DNA from: Glaucostegus cemiculus
Taxonomy: Eukaryota
Length of the DNA stretch: 64,000 bases
Assembly (NCBI GenBank): GCA_976551045.1
Contig: CDPCPM010000280.1
Location: 1,860,001-1,924,000 of the forward strand
Reading direction: 5' to 3'
In this document: positions 63,201-64,000 of the stretch, piece by piece
Layout: each line of letters begins with the position of its first letter
Position numbering within the stretch: position 1 is the stretch's first letter
Notes under the pieces: model-generated
Seen by the model: only the letters and a program-made list of their open reading frames with translations
The model's database searches: none
Told to the model about the DNA's origin: nothing
Program-made: the position numbers and the translations under genes

Positions 63201-64000
63201 TATTCTGTGAATTATACAAATGAAGATCTTGCTCTTCATGGGACTTCTAGATAGGGTGACCAGCAATGTTGGTTTAGTAACAAAGTTAATGTTATGGAGC
63301 AATATCTAGACCAGCGTGTAGAGTACTGCATTCCCTTTCAGGATGAAATAGGATAGACCACCTAAAGTCATTTGTGGTCTAGCAAGGGCTTTAAAACAAT
63401 ACAAAAGCTCTCATTTATTTCAAATTCAAACTCAAAATTTGCTTTAGTGAGATATGAGCATGTTTGTCCTTCATCACAATAACAAGGTTACTATAACTGT
63501 TGTCCTAAATTTCATAGAATATCCAAAGACCAATCTCTGCACTCAAGATATAATGGTATGGATGATCTTTTAGGAATTAGAAATTATATGTAGCTTTCCC
63601 TCAAATCCAAATGCTATCTAAACTGGACAGATTAACTGACATCTATGGAATAAGTGGACCTGACTACCAAAGCTTTAGTTCACTTCATGATTTGTGTCAC
63701 AGTAGAATCCCAACTACGTGAACCAAGACTGTTGACTGCAAACAGGTAACATTCCCATAAACAGCTATCTTCAAACTATATATCAACTCATCTGATGGGA
63801 TGGTAGGTGAACTGCTTCTACTGGTGGTCTGCTAATAGAGCTGAACTGCCTCCAGGAGTGGCACACTTCACTCACAACCCAAAAGTAAAATCATGGCAAG
63901 AACATGGCTGTGCAGAAAATGCTGAGGTTTGGCACATCCTTTTGCTGGGTCACTATAATTTCCATCTATCCCTTCCTCCCGGAAAGCTGTTAAGTCTGGT

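Noticed and set aside
34586-64000. SKI exon 1 (DHD/SAND) or a nested protein-coding gene
   Set aside because: No long GC-rich ORF or SKI N-terminal domain motifs were found. All ORFs are short, non-homologous or LINE-derived, so exon 1 must lie beyond the window.

Overview
Eukaryotic (vertebrate) genomic DNA. The repeat content (CR1/HER1-type LINE fragments, an HE1/V-SINE, SacSINE1-like DeuSINEs, palindromic Penelope-derived elements) points to a cartilaginous fish (shark or ray). The main feature is the 3' part of the SKI proto-oncogene on the minus strand. Six canonical coding exons (29415-29287, 28375-28251, 27683-27415, 25929-25631, 23882-23652, 18058-17870) splice in frame with GT-AG sites, and a ~4 kb 3' UTR probably ends near 13890. 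The large first exon (DHD/SAND domains) is not in the window, so ~29.4-64 kb is SKI intron 1. Positions 1-13.8 kb are downstream, repeat-rich sequence with a 318-N assembly gap. Most notable observations: (1) a clean, frame-preserving 222-bp candidate extra SKI exon in intron 1 (34585-34364) that starts with ATG and matches no SKI exon I recall; (2) a dispersed family of short, often palindromic elements carrying minimal hammerhead-ribozyme-like cores (CUGANGA...GAAA); (3) a perfect 79-bp direct duplication at a LINE 5' junction; (4) a perfect 15-bp hairpin; (5) miR-21 and miR-15/16 8mer sites in the SKI 3' UTR; (6) several candidate conserved non-coding elements. Nearly all ORFs in the supplied track are spurious. 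Repeat boundaries are approximate, and comparisons to other species are from memory, not from a search.
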